Source: Sphaerodactylus townsendi (Eukaryota). Taken from it: a stretch of DNA of 64,000 nucleotides. The stretch spans positions 95,728,001 to 95,792,000 of the forward strand of contig NC_059427.1 of NCBI RefSeq assembly GCF_021028975.2. Direction: 5' to 3'. The notes under the pieces are model-generated. The model saw nothing but the letters and a program-made list of their open reading frames with translations, was not told where the DNA came from and did no database searches. Shown here piece after piece: positions 25,573 to 38,332 of this stretch. Position 1 is the stretch's first letter. Each line of letters opens with the position of its first letter. Position numbers and translations under genes: made by a program.

Positions 25573-27121
25573 TAAGAGCCACAGACTCGTTTGTGTCCAT
25601 TATCCCCTCCCTTTGTGAAAGGCTGCTTTCTTTCTTTGCACAGCAAAGGCTGTAGACTTCCAGGTTCTAGTAACAAAAACAAAAACAAAGAATAGAGTCA
25701 GAGTGGGGCAAGATGAGAAGTAGATCTCTCTCTGTGGGACAATCTCACCTGAAAGTAGCTTGGGAGTACCAATGATACTCATGTTCGTCAATTAATATGT
25801 AAAATGTGTATATCAGCTTCTTCTTATGTCTTTTTTCTGATGTTACTGTCCATGTAGGCTGAGAACTTCCATACAAACATGATCACTAACTGCTCCGATC
25901 AGAGTTCTCCAATACAAGTAGAGCTCCAATTGGATTCCCTCCATGATGTGGTTTGATGTTCACCTCAGACACCATACTGAGCAGTTTTTATGACTGTGTA
26001 TTAACTGCTTGTGCTACAGGGTCATGGCCTAGTTGTGCCTTGTTAAAGTAATTTCATTTACTTCCCTGTTGCAGCTTGAGGCAGATTTTGTACTTGTGCA
26101 ACCCATGAATTAAACCTTTGGAAAAGAAGCCATGTAGTTCTTTAAAATGACCCACTTTTCAAACATTGATTACTCTTGTTGATTAACTGAGCAACTTTGT
26201 CCCTGCCTGAGCATCACATTGTTTTAGTTGTTGTCAGTGTGGGTGCTGTGTTTGAGAGATGCTATACTGCAACATGCCTTGAAACACATTATTGTTATTA
26301 TATTCATTTTTTTAAAAAAAAACAAGATTTTAAAAACAGATGTGGGGTTGAAGTAGAAAATTAATTGCCTATCTCATGAAGGCATGTAAGAACACATATG
26401 GCTTAATTAATCTGGATCTGTATAGAATGGAAGCCATTATTGGACAGTAAGGCATATAGAGACACCAAAAGAGTAAATCTCAACTAAAAATTGTGTAAGT
26501 TGAAGGCAGTAGGTACTGTGGATGCAGTAGTGGGAGGAGAGAGCTGTAAGAAATCAGCATGCAATCAAAGTTATCCATTCCTCACAATTAGACATATCTG
26601 AGTGGTTCAAATACAGATGGACAGCCCACTGAATATTTGACTGCTGTGATTGCTACATGCAAGCAGGATGAAATTAGGTAATCAAGCAGCTTTAGTTTTA
26701 TCAACGTATTTAAGTTTTCTCATGTAATGGTCACACCAAAATCAATGCAATATTGCATCAATGAATCTTGATAATGTTGAAAAGAGAAAAAACTGAAATT
26801 GTGTGTATATATACATTAACAAAATTAAGAAATAAAAAAGAAAGAAATTATGGAAGGTTCCTAAAGCATCAGAAACAAAACCAGGTAATTCAGAAGTCTC
26901 AAATTAAGGAAGAAACTTGAATAACTTTTAAAGCATTTCTAAACAGAATCTATATTCACTTGGGTGGTGCTGGATTCATTTCAGTAGATCTTGACAGCAT
27001 CTTCCTCCTTCACTCCCTAATGTAGCTCCTCTCACACACAGGTCTTCATTTAGACTGTATCAAGCTTTCCAGATAGCTCAGGAACTACACCTATGTTTCT
27101 TACTAGCATGGCCACCACATG

Positions 27122-27187
27122 CTGGACAGAGGCTGATGGGAATTGTAGTTCCTGAACATCTGGAGAGCCGCAGGTTCCCTACCCCTG
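27122..27187. mobile_element. Partial hAT-type MITE
   Basis: GCTGATGGGAATTGTAGTTCC...CATCTGGAGAGCCGCAGGTTCCCTACCCCTG, ending in the reverse complement of a CAGGGGT hAT-like terminus; other end missing. Confidence 0.55.
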
Positions 27188-28052
27188 TTCTAGACCATTG
27201 GAAGGATACATTGATGATCACAGACAAGGATTCTTGATGGCTTATAATATTATTATCCACATATTGTGAAATAATATGCTAGATTAAAAGGAATATAACT
27301 AGCATCAAATAGCCATTCCTCTCACCTGATTTTGGCCTTTTCTGCATGAATTGTTTACAATGTACCTTGTTGCCAAATACTATGTTTTCTCCCCCTTTCA
27401 ATTTTTTACATTTTTTCTTCCATTTGGTTACGGAAATGTTTTCTCTTCATTTTCCTCCACTGTTTTCTTGAGCACTGACAACATTTTTTTTAAAAAAAAT
27501 CAGTTTCCAAGCCAGCTTCCCTTAAGAGTACAATCATGTTGGAATGATCTTTATTTCTCTGCCTTGTCGAAAAACTAGTCCTTATCCACTTCCCCATGTA
27601 GTTACCCAAGCTCTCATTCAGACATTTTCTCCTTCTCCTCCTCTTCCATTTTGAAAGGATTTTTTTTAAAAAAATCTCTTTGTTATATTGCATTATCAAA
27701 ACAGTGTTAAAACTAAGATACACTTTGTGTCCACAATTGGGAACTAGTGAAATTGACAAGGTAGTTGCTTTTGCAGGAGGAAATTTACAAGGGACTGCTG
27801 CAGTGATGATCATATGTTACTCCAGCTCTAATCTGGTCAAAAATTGTTTTTTGGGGGAGAGGCGGGGCTATGTGTTTCAGTTCTTTCAGGTAATGACACC
27901 TGCTCCATTAGTTTTTTGTTTTGTTTTGTTTTTGGCTTCTATGTTGTGTGGGTAGTTTTCAATGATAGAAATGGAGGTCGAGACATTTTTGAATTGTCAC
28001 TTCCTTGTAACTGTGCAGTACTCCTAGAGCACCTGTTCAAAAGAAAAAAGCG

Positions 28053-28288
28053 GGATGTAAGGGTGATCTGGCTGCGACATCTGTCACCCCATTGATTGCC
28101 AGGGTTGATTTAGCTGATTTGGCTGGCTAGGCGGGTGTCCCCTCCCTCCCTCACCGCTCCATGCGCGTCCCTCCCAAAGCTGCGCGCTCGGTGGAAGAGG
28201 ACGACCATCCCAGATAGGAGTGGACCGTTCTTCGGTCAAGGGTATATGATAGCTGCGCTCCCCTGCTAGAACCTCCAAACGAGCTCAA
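28053..28288 (+). pseudogene. RN7SK: 7SK snRNA retropseudogene, 3'-truncated (about nt 1-240 of ~330)
   Basis: GGATGTAAGGGTGATCTGGCTGCGACATCTGTCACCCCATTGATTGCCAGGGTTGATT...CCCCTGCTAGAACCTCCAAAC matches vertebrate 7SK from its 5' end; lacks the 3' hairpin and oligo-T; several CpG-type transitions; A-rich flanking direct repeat. Confidence 0.95.
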
Positions 28289-30123
28289 AGAAAAAAAGGA
28301 GCGGGGGGAAGGTTGTTGTTCTGTGTCATGAATGACATCCCATACCATTAGGAATAATATGTTTCTAGCAGTAGTGTGTGCAATAAATGCAACAGAAGAG
28401 ACAATGGGGAAAAATAAAGTGATTATAGAAGCAATCAAGGAAGAATCCAGAACTACTTTTTTAATTGCTTGCTTGAAGAGGGATTGATCACTCCTAAGTG
28501 AAACTCTGCCCACCTTTTGTCTATGGGTTGTATAATCATAAATATTTCAGAATTTTTTGTGCGCCATTTGGAACAAACCATACTGTCCCTAAATTTTTGC
28601 TAGTCCTAATAAAAGATATGAAGCTTTTAGTTTGGGATATCTTTTTTTTTTTTGGTTTACCATGTCACTAGGTTTTTGGTCATCAGCCTGCCCATTTTCA
28701 ATGCATAACTGAATGCCAAAAATAACAGAGTGTTTCTAGGTACTTTACCAATGGAAACAAAGTATGTCACACTTGTAGCACTCTGTGATTAGCACAATCA
28801 TGAAATTAATAATTGTTATGATAAGTACTGACCAAAGCCACAGAGATGTACACAAGTGACAGGGCTGCTTTGCTAGCCAAAACAAAGTCTGTTTGATTTA
28901 TCCATCCTACTGTAGAATTCTGATCTTAGAAATCGGCAAGGATATAATAAGACACATTTCTAGACAAGATAAATATAGACAGTAATATAATCTAAGAGTG
29001 GAGAATAGAGTTAGTGTTGAGATTTTAACACTAAAAAAATTACTGGATTAAAGGAGGCACACCCTGCTGGAATTCTGGTTTTCACAGCCTCTTTGCTTGT
29101 CAAACTTAATATCAAGTAAAATAACCTAATTTGACTTGGCAAAGGCCTATATAATATGGGCTTGATATCTGTGACAGAGCCTTTTGAAGTTTCTTATAAA
29201 CAATGTTTTCTCGGCTTTGGAACAGGGAGTAGAATAATAAACACTGTTCCTGACTCCAAACCTGCTGCAGAACCTACAGATCAGCACGCAGCTCATCAGC
29301 TAAGGCAAACTACTGTTAAGCCTCCTCTGCTTAATTTTAGGCATGGGCACACATGGCAAACTCAAGAAGGATGCAGTTCTTAAACAAGACATTATAGAGG
29401 TGACCAGGAAAAAGCATTTGTCATTTCAGACTTAAAAAGTGGTTCTGAATCATGAACCAAACTGGTTAGGAATACAAAGAGTGATTCAGATGACCACAAA
29501 TTAGATTTCTTTTTCAATTCATGCAGGCTTTTCTGGATGTGGTCAACACTTCAGATGAACTGGTTTATCATGAGCACTGGCCTGTGAAGTTGGAGTTGTC
29601 AAGTTGCAATCCAGAGTACTTAGTTTAAGGTTAATGATATCAAGGCACATTCTTTGCTAATCCTGAGTCCCATCAGTAACTGTTGGCCCATCTAATTGAG
29701 GGGCAAAATTACAAGCCCACTTGCTAAGTTTAGCTGAAGTGGAAGGAAGAACAGAGGTGGGAAGCTTAGAATGGTGACAACTCCTACTGCATCAGCAGCA
29801 TCAAAGACCAACACTTCTTTGAACCAGAACTCATTTCATCAGGTACACAGACTATCAATTTTATTTCATGCATAAGCGACAGAAAATAGGAGATAGAAGG
29901 GGAGATGTTTCAAGGAGAGGCTACTCTAAAATCAAACCAATCAAAATTAATCAATTCATTAAGAATGGGTGAGAACCACTCCCAACTATTGAGAGATCTG
30001 CTGAGTAGGATTAGCATAAAGTCTAAGTAAGGCAAATACAGACACCTTCAGCAGATTCAGCAGAGCCTTAGAGACACTATAGAACAAAGAGAGAAGATTT
30101 AGCTGTCTCTTTGGATTGTACCA

Positions 30124-30975
30124 TATATTATTATTGTTGTTTGATTTCACAGCTGCCAGTTCTTTAGCTGGTTGTTGGCCTTTCATTACAATTTGAGCCT
30201 GTACTGGCATAGTATTCATGTGGATCCCAGCAGGGCTGCCTTTTGAATTTGACAGATGTTAATTTTGTCAATTCAAAGATGTTTCAAGTGCTGCCTTAGT
30301 ATTTTCTGGATGGCACCCAGCATGCCGATTACCACTGGGATGACCTCAGCTGGTTTGTGCCATTGATGCTGAAGCTCAATTTTCACATCGTGGTATCTAG
30401 TGACCTTCTCGTGTTCTTTTTCAATGACCCTGCTGTCACCAGGTACTGCTATTATGGTAGATTTCACAGCTGCCAGATCTTTGGCTGGTTGTTGGCCTTC
30501 ATTGCAATTTGAACCTCACCCAGAGGCCTAGAAAGTTGTAATTTATTGGCGTAGTATTCGTGTGGATCCCAGTAGGCTGCCTTCTGAATTTGACAGATGT
30601 TAATTTTGTCAATTCGAAGATGTTTCAGGTGCTGCCCTAGTGTTTTCAGGGTGGTGTCCAGCGTGCCCATTACCCCTGGGACGACCTCAGCTGATTTGTG
30701 CCATAGACAATGGAGCTCGATTTTCAAATCGTGGTATCTAGTGACCTTCTTGTGTTTTTTTCAGTGACCCTGCTGTCACCGAGTACTGCTATGTCAATGA
30801 TGCTCACTTTCTTGTCCTCGATCACTGGTGCCACTGGTGATGTCTGGTATATTGTGTTTCAACACTTTGTCCGTTTGGATCCAAAAGTCCCACAGGATCT
30901 TGACCTTCTCATTTTCCATTACTTTCTCTGGACAATGTTCTCACCAGTTCTTAGCTGCTCTTATGTTGTAATTCT
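30124..30975 (-). mobile_element. Two tandem 5'-truncated R4/Dong 3' ends (30124-30458, 30459-30975)
   Basis: Restriction-like endonuclease motifs IIDIAVLGDSRV / IAVPGDSRVIEKEHEKVTRYHD..VIPVVIGMLGAI, both ending GCTGTGAAATC; (CAA)/(TAA)n tail at 30124-30141. Confidence 0.85.
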
Positions 30976-31604
30976 TGCATAAATTCCATCCTGCCATGGC
31001 ATCTTGCCCCACCCCCCGCCTCCCTACAGCCTGGCTCCTGCCCTCCCCAAACCCTGGGGAAGGCAGGAGCCAGGGGCACCCAGAGAAGGTGTTGTCCCTG
31101 GTGCCATTTCCCCCTGATATGCCTCTGCCCTATGGCAAAGAAGTCCAGCACCAGCAACTGTGCCAGGCCCACTGACATCAAAGAGATCCCTCAAGGACTT
31201 GTGGAGGAGCACATCACTTTCCCCTGTATCTCTCCCTTCCTATTATTTCCCCTTTTCCTTCTGGCAACCCCCATATCTGCTTCCTTCATTATCTCCTCAG
31301 TCATTCACCAACCAATTATAAGTAGGTGAACCCTTTCTTCTGCTAAGGGGCGCCACAAAACTATGGGGGGGGGCAAAGACTGGCACAAGAACAAGATACT
31401 GCTTCCCGCAGTTTTGGAATCCATCTTGTGTGTGAAGCCTGGGCAGGATGGCAGTTGGTCACTGAACTTTACCCCTGGCCCTAAGGTATGCCTGGTTGGC
31501 CAATGGGGCTAGCTAATCTCCTCTATGTTACCGTAAGGTGATTTAATCATCAATTTGAGCAGACCATTACTTACCCTATCTGCATCCATCCCAACAATTT
31601 TTAA

Positions 31605-32610
31605 AGTATTTTTATTAGTTACAATATATCGTAAGTGACATAAATGACATAGAGACGACATTCAAATAATTCATTACTGACATACAACTAGTAATAGAGA
31701 TAAGATTTAAAAAAGAAGAAAAAAGGTGAGAAAGGAAATAGTGGTTAGAGAATAGAAAATGAGAAAGTAAGAGTAAGAAGAAAGGAAAGTGGGAAGAGAA
31801 ATGAGAAGAGAAGAAACTTTTAAACATAATTTAAGGGTGACCTCCCCAACTTAACAAAAGAACCTTCAATTGTGTTTCCAAATTACTGAGGTTAAACTTA
31901 AATCTTGAAACAATCATTCCTCCTATTCTGCTATTATTTCATAGCTTTTCTTATATGTTATTCTACAACATTGTCATAATCAGTTGTTCATTATTGTTAT
32001 TTCCCAAGTACATTATAAAGTCTTCCCAGGTTTTCAGAAATTTTTAAAAACATAAATCTTTAATTCTTGTGGATAACTTGCCTGTGTAGGAGTAGAAGTA
32101 GTCTGTAATTCGTAATAGCCAATCTTCCAGCTTCGGGCTTTTATCCAGTCTCCATATTTTTGTAATGGATATTCTAGCAGCTGTTGAGATATACAAAAAC
32201 AAATCAATATTCATGTTTGGGATTTTCTTGATGCCTAAGCTTAGTAGATACAATTTTGGTAAAGCCTCATATGTGATGTTTAAAATCTCCATTATGTACT
32301 TTTGTCCAGAATTTTTTAATTTTGGGGCATTCCCACCACACATGAAAAAAAAAGATATACAAGAAAAAAAAAGATATACAAAAACAAATCAATATTCATG
32401 TTTGGGATTTTCTTGATGCCTAAGCTTAGTAGATACAATTTTGGTAAAGCCTCATATGTGATGTTTAAAATCTCCATTATGTACTTTTATGAGATTTCCA
32501 ACATTAAAAAATATTGTTCTTGTAGATTTTTGCTAATAGCTGTGGTGTAAGATCCCATCTATGCAGCATTTTTAAGAAGTTCTTTCTCAATTCCAGGCTA
32601 GCAGAAAAGT
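31605..32610 (-). mobile_element. L1-clade LINE 3' fragment with an internal 117-bp duplication
   Basis: KMLHRWDLTPQLL, CWK..FFMCGG (decayed CCHC region), STAARISITKIWR..PKLEDWL; 32187-32303 identical to 32372-32488. Confidence 0.75.
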
Positions 32611-33169
32611 TGCTATAAAATTTGAAAAGCAATTGATTCTTAGCCTCTGGTGTTTCTGCCAGTTTACCTCATGCCACCTCAGGATCAATTTTTGGATATA
32701 AATATTAGTCCTTGGTCCATTCATAATGTGTGTGTGTGTGTTCTGGATCCATGTGCATGCCTCCATTTGTTTGTTGGTTCTTCCTTTTGCTCCTGGAAAC
32801 ACTGGTCATTTTTCTCTTCAGTTCTGCTTTCCATGGACATCCCCTTAAGACTGGTAACTACCACCCATCCCTAAAACTCTTTCCAACTTTCTCCTTTTTT
32901 TAGTCAGTTCTTGTATGTTTTTGTGTGTGAATGTGTGGTTGAAATATATTTCCTGTTTTACTATTTTTATTATTTAATAAAACCCATTTAAATTGTATAA
33001 TCACCTACTGTTTATCAATCCTAGTAACCCTCTCTCACTCTTTTTCTCCAGCTAATTATCCCAAACTTAAGTAGTTCCTCCACCTGCACTGGTTCCTCCA
33101 CCTGCCTTTTACTGACAAAGCCAAGCCTATACTCTGTGGTTGCCTAGCAATGGCCACTGAGAGAATCCA

Positions 33170-33530
33170 TTGCTGCTGCTGCTGCTGATGATGATGAAGA
33201 AGAAGGAGGAGGAGGAGGAGGAGGAGGAGGAGGAGGAGGAGGAGGAGGAGGAGAATTGGTTTTTATAACCTGCTTTCCCCTCCTGTAAGGAGTTTCAAAG
33301 CAGCTTATAACTGCCTTCCCTTCTCTTCCCCACAACAGGTACCTTTTGAAGTACATGGGGCTTGGAGACTTTGAAGAAAACTGTGACTCCTCAAGGCCAC
33401 ACAGCAGGCTTCTTGTGAAGATTCGGGGAAAACAAACCTAGTTCACCAGATAAGAGTCTACCACTCATATGGAGGAGTGGGGAATCCAGAGTAGAGCCCA
33501 CTATTCTTAACCACTGCAGCATGCTGGCTT
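33170..33530 (-). mobile_element. Squam3-like SINE with an expanded compound trinucleotide tail
   Basis: SINE body at 33253-33530 resembles 9531-9828; tail (GCT)n(GAT)n(GAA)n(GGA)~16 at 33170-33252. Confidence 0.8.
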
Positions 33531-35174
33531 TCCATTTACCATTTTAGAGTTTTTAAACCTCCCAATTTATTTCTTTTAAATTTTATATTTTTCTGCAAGC
33601 CTCAGACATTATTTAGGTTTTTGAAAGATCTGTATTTCCCATTCACCACTACATTCTCTGGCTTCAAGTATCCTTTGGCTAACTTTACAATTAGTATACA
33701 GGGGATGATACTAATATCACAGAGTAGAAGAATGCTAATCTCACAGGGTAGAAACAGAGGTGTGTTATGGTCAGGGATCCCTTTGATTTCATGTGGTAGG
33801 AGTTCCTATGGTAGGAGTGGCCAAAAACACTGCTAGAAATGTTTGTCAGATAGGTTGCCAACAATGAAAGATTTTTCAATTGATTAATTTTCTGTTTTTA
33901 ATTCATGGACCACTCAATTAAACAAACAATACATTGAATCATTTTTGAGGATTCAGAAGGAAAGGGACAGTTCTCCCTGATGATAACTTAGTAAAGAAAA
34001 TCTATAACTCTTTACTGGAAGTAAAGGGGTATCTTTACTATGTTCATATTTAGTTTTGCAAATATGGAATATGACATCTTTATAACATATCAAATAGGTG
34101 TTTGAAATAAACAAGTTCAAATCACATCAGTATTACTGTAGATCCTAATACTGGCCCATTTTGATGTGGGTTTCAGATGAGCAATGCTGAGTGTGGGGTT
34201 TTCTTTTTGCTAGGAGAAAACCTATAGCATTTTAGACTTCTATTACATTTAAGTTTTACTTTTTCACCATTAAATTCCTGAAATCTCCCCAACTGATACT
34301 TGATAGATTGTTCCTTCCTTACCAATTTCCTTTATTAGTTTCATCAGGAAGTTTATTGGTGTCCTTTCCATGTAACTCAATCTGGCTGAGAACACCACAC
34401 ATGTTTTTAAATCAAATGTAAATTAATACTGTCCAGAAGTTTAAAGTCAAAGATCAGCAGGACTTAAAAACCAGTAGATATCTAGTTACATGCCAGAGGC
34501 CTCCTCTTCAATGGCAATAGCAGAAATCTAAAGGGTAAAGGACTTCTGTTTGCTCTTAATGAATTAGAATGAAAGTTGCCTATAACTAGCAATGATTTGC
34601 ATTTGAACAACTGGAGCCAAGTATAACATGCACCACTTGGTTGATACACTCTTAAATTTTGTGCATGGCCACAGGCAACCTTATGAGCATCCAGTTTAAT
34701 CCTGTAAACACATGCTTACTCATGAATACTGCTATTGATTTCCATGCAACTTGTCATGTAAGGACCAAACAACTAACCCCATAACCTCAAACAAAAGATT
34801 GCCAGAAAAATAAGCTCTACTGATGATCATCCACAAGGATGCTATCTAGAAATTATACACCATTATGATGACGAAACCATTTTCACTGCTGCTGCTTTGC
34901 TTCATAGACACTACATAGTATATTTGCAACTAATGGACATCAAAATTAACAGGGCCTGGATTTTTTTTCCTGAACTGAATTTGGGAAGGGGTCATAGTAC
35001 TGGTAGAACACGATTTGCCTGCAAAAGGTCCCAGGTTTGTCTGGCAAATGACATTCCTTGAGTTTTATACATTGTGCTTGGTTAGTAAGATTAATTTGAC
35101 GATTCTGTTAGATGCTGCTTAATAGATTCCACTGAAGCAGACCACTGATCTATCAAGCTTAGTGTTGTTGCTTT

Positions 35175-36310
35175 TTAATTTTTTCATTTTTAAAACTTTC
35201 ATTGAATAATAATATCAAAACGAATTTTGAATTCTAATTTACATTGAGACAAATTGACAAATAAAGCACCACTTACTTACATTGACCCTTTTAATTAACA
35301 TAGACTACCAACCTTTGCCCAAACACACATTTTTCCACCACATAACTTATAATTTACTGGAAAACTTCCAGATAGAAATTAACTGCTAACCTTTTAAGCT
35401 TTTAAAGTTTATTAGAAAGAGTTATCTCTTTATTACAAAGCAAGGGAGCAACAAATACTACAAAACTGTTTAACTTAATTATTTGGATTAATCCCAGAAA
35501 TATTCTCTATCTAATTTGCTTATGTACCACCTATAACACAAAGCCAACAACGTTAATAAAGGATATCTTGCTTTAAGGTAAAATAATAAAGGATTCCAGG
35601 TTTCTGTGAAAGATTCCTAGCTTTGATTTCTTATCAAAGATAATAGTTTATCTGTTTCTACAAAATCAATTAGTTTAAGTTAAGTTTAAGTTAAGAAGCT
35701 AGAGGTTGCCGATGAGGGTATTCTCTGATCTTTCTGCATTTGCATGTATAACAACCTGTCAGCTGTACACAATAACAATTTGTCAACTACTGCTTTCCTG
35801 TTTTCACCATAGTTAACAGAAATATTTCTGGAATAAGGCTTATCTCTACCTTGGTTATTAATTTAGTTGACCCATACATCTTAATCCAACTTTTTTTTTG
35901 CTTGATTACATGACCACCATAAATGAAAAAAGGAACTCACCTTACAATTGAATTTTCAGCATGGGGGGAAACTAAATTTTTCATCATAGATCACCTGGGG
36001 TTTTTTTTGGGGGGGGGGGGGTTAAATGAGTTCTAGAAAACATTTTATTTTAAAAATTATTTAGTCTTACACACAGAAAATCTAGTTCCATTATCCTAAG
36101 TTCTTTCACAGTCTTCAAGGCTTATTGTATCATCAACATTTTTCTGTCCAATAAATCATAACTTCTTTGACTATTTCTGACTGTGTATCAAATTCCATGA
36201 ACCATTTATACATATATTTAATCAGTGTTGTTTACTTCAACTGGCATCATTAGTCTTTAGAGATTCTAGTAGTCACTTTGAACAACCTTTATTTCTGCTG
36301 TTGTTTAGAT
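35175..36310 (-). mobile_element. Degenerate L1-clade LINE 3' fragment
   Basis: T-rich start (tail on the minus strand), remnants of FFHLWWSC..AKK and WNPLLFYL; AT-rich. Confidence 0.55.
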
Positions 36311-37009
36311 GTTTGCAGTCATCACAGCAAGCACCAGGCTGTCCCAGTGTGTGTCTAGCCCTATACATGCAGCAGCTCATATACTTTGGGAAGGGGATCT
36401 GCAGTTAAGGGATCTCTTTTATGGACAGATTCATTATGTAGAGAAGGCATGACTCACCAGCTCTTCCAGTCTCTGTAACTGTTTGATAGTCATGAAGACA
36501 GGCCATTTCTGAAAGTCACTGAATTCTATGCATTCATCACCTGAGAAGGGGTGGAAGTGATCCAAGGGTGCAAAAGGAGAAACAGAAAACCCATTATGTG
36601 GGTAAAATTTGGCCACAGCAGTTTTATTGGGGTGCTGGCAAAAGGAAGCAGAGACTCAGCATAGGGGATGGATCCAGCACTGGGCAGCACGTCTGCCGTC
36701 CCTCAGTAATAACTTTCCGCCAGCCTAATGCATGGGGGAAAACACCAATGTATGGAGCAGCATGATAGTGGGACCCATCTGAGTGCTGGCCTCTGGATAA
36801 ACTTCCCTTTAATGCCAGGGGGCCCGAGTCACCAACAGCCCCCACCTCCACCCTCCTGGCCTCTTAGGGAGGCCCCCACCCAATTGGGGAGGGCCAGCAA
36901 GCAGGTTCCTCCTCCCCTGAATGGCTCAGTCCCCATGCACAACCCGCCAAAGAATGAGGCCACCTTGCTCCCACCAAAGCTTCCTAACCCAACAACCAAT
37001 CACACAAAG

Positions 37010-37090
37010 TAGATCTGATGCTGTGCAGCCAAGGGTCCATACCCCATTTCAACAGATGGATGCCATCATTCCGATACAGTGCCAGAAGAC
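37010..37090 (-). pseudogene. C-terminal remnant of an SGNH-hydrolase-like ORF of the Ngaro element
   Basis: LYRNDGIHLLKWGMDPWLHSIR matches SGNH block V (DGxHL...G). Confidence 0.6.
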
Positions 37091-37189
37091 ACAATGAAAT
37101 GTCCCAATGGGATTGCACCTGCCCCCTACAGATGGCACAAGGCATGCCACTGTCTTATTGATCCTATGACAGGCCAGGTCCACTTAGTT

Positions 37190-37560
37190 CTCAAGCCAGG
37201 GGCAAATATATCCCTTGTATACCAGGGAGCGCCAGTGCCAAATGGTGTGGATCTGCTCCTCAGGCAAACCCAGGTGTGCTGCAGTGGTAGTGACACCAAT
37301 AAGAAAGCAGTGGGAGCCAAATTCTGATGCCAAGAGTCCCATGTGATCCAAACAAGCCAAAATGATGCTGGTAAATTGGAAGTGTGATAGGCATGTGCCT
37401 TCAGAATGTATAAGGAAGGGGCCCTGGGTCAGTTGCCAGATGGAAAGGTAGTCAGCTGTGTCTCTGACTGGACAGGGTAATCCTGACAGGGAAGCCCCGA
37501 AGAACCACAATGGTCCCATGTACTTGCTGATCTGTCTTGAATGTGCTCCTTAAGCCATCC
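37190..37560 (-). pseudogene. Tyrosine recombinase C-terminal remnant (Ngaro)
   Basis: FKTDQ, CPV....YL, GPFLIH, FGSHCFLIGVTTTAAHLGLPEEQIHTIWHWRSLVYKGYI versus consensus HSFRIGAAT..GRWxSxAYxxYI; the catalytic Arg is mutated. Confidence 0.88.
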
Positions 37561-37770
37561 ACCCATAGATCTGACAGCAAGGTCCTGACTACAGCTGAAG
37601 GCAGTGCAGGCAACTGAGCATATCTTTACTCACATGCCATAGACCCTGGAACTTAAAGGCAGAAATCATCCAGATGGATGGGCAGAAGATAGAAGGCTGG
37701 CTGAATGTCGCACTTTGCTGGGAGGGCCCTGGGTTTGCAAGAGTGAATGATGGGCACAGTGTGGTCCAGG

Positions 37771-37906
37771 CAGTGATGGGATTCAAATAATTTAACAACT
37801 GGTTTCGGTGGTGAGATTCAAATAATTTAACAATTGGTTGTTTACAAGCACCATTTTAAAAACCAGTTCTGCCCAAGTGGTGAAAACTTGCTGAATCCCA
37901 CCACTG
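37771..37906. mobile_element. hAT-superfamily MITE (136 bp)
   Basis: TIRs CAGTGATGGGATTCA / TGAATCCCACCACTG, perfect 8-bp TSD GGTCCAGG (37763-37770, 37907-37914). Confidence 0.93.
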
Positions 37907-38040
37907 GGTCCAGGGATGCATAGTGCACAGAGCATAGGTCAGGGTCAATGGCATCATTAACAGAGGAACCCTTGGGGTAGGATAGATGATGAATGAGGCG
38001 GTATTCCCCAGGAACTTTCTTGGGGACCATCCTCAGGGGG

Positions 38041-38332
38041 GAAGAGGAAGAGTTGGATTTATATCCCCTTCTCACCTATAGAAGACTCAAAGGGGCTTAC
38101 AAACTCCTTTCTCTTCCCCCCTCACAACAAACACCCTGTGAGGTAGGTGGGGGTGAGAGAGCTCAGAAGAACTGTGACTAGTCCAAGGTCACCCAGCTGG
38201 TGTGTTTTGGAGTGTACAGGCTAATCTGAATTCCCCAGATAAGCCTCCACAGCTCAGGTGGCAGAGCGGGGAATCAAACCCGGTTCTTCCAGATTAGAGT
38301 ACACCTGCTCTTAACCACTATGCCACTGCTGC
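38041..38332 (-). mobile_element. Squam3-like CORE SINE nested in the Ngaro RT
   Basis: Near-identical to 9531-9828; splits the RT motif NLR|SPL. Confidence 0.9.

Noticed and set aside
28053-28288. Functional 7SK gene
   Set aside because: Lacks the 3' third, the terminator and a recognisable upstream PSE/TATA; shows CpG decay and flanking direct repeats.
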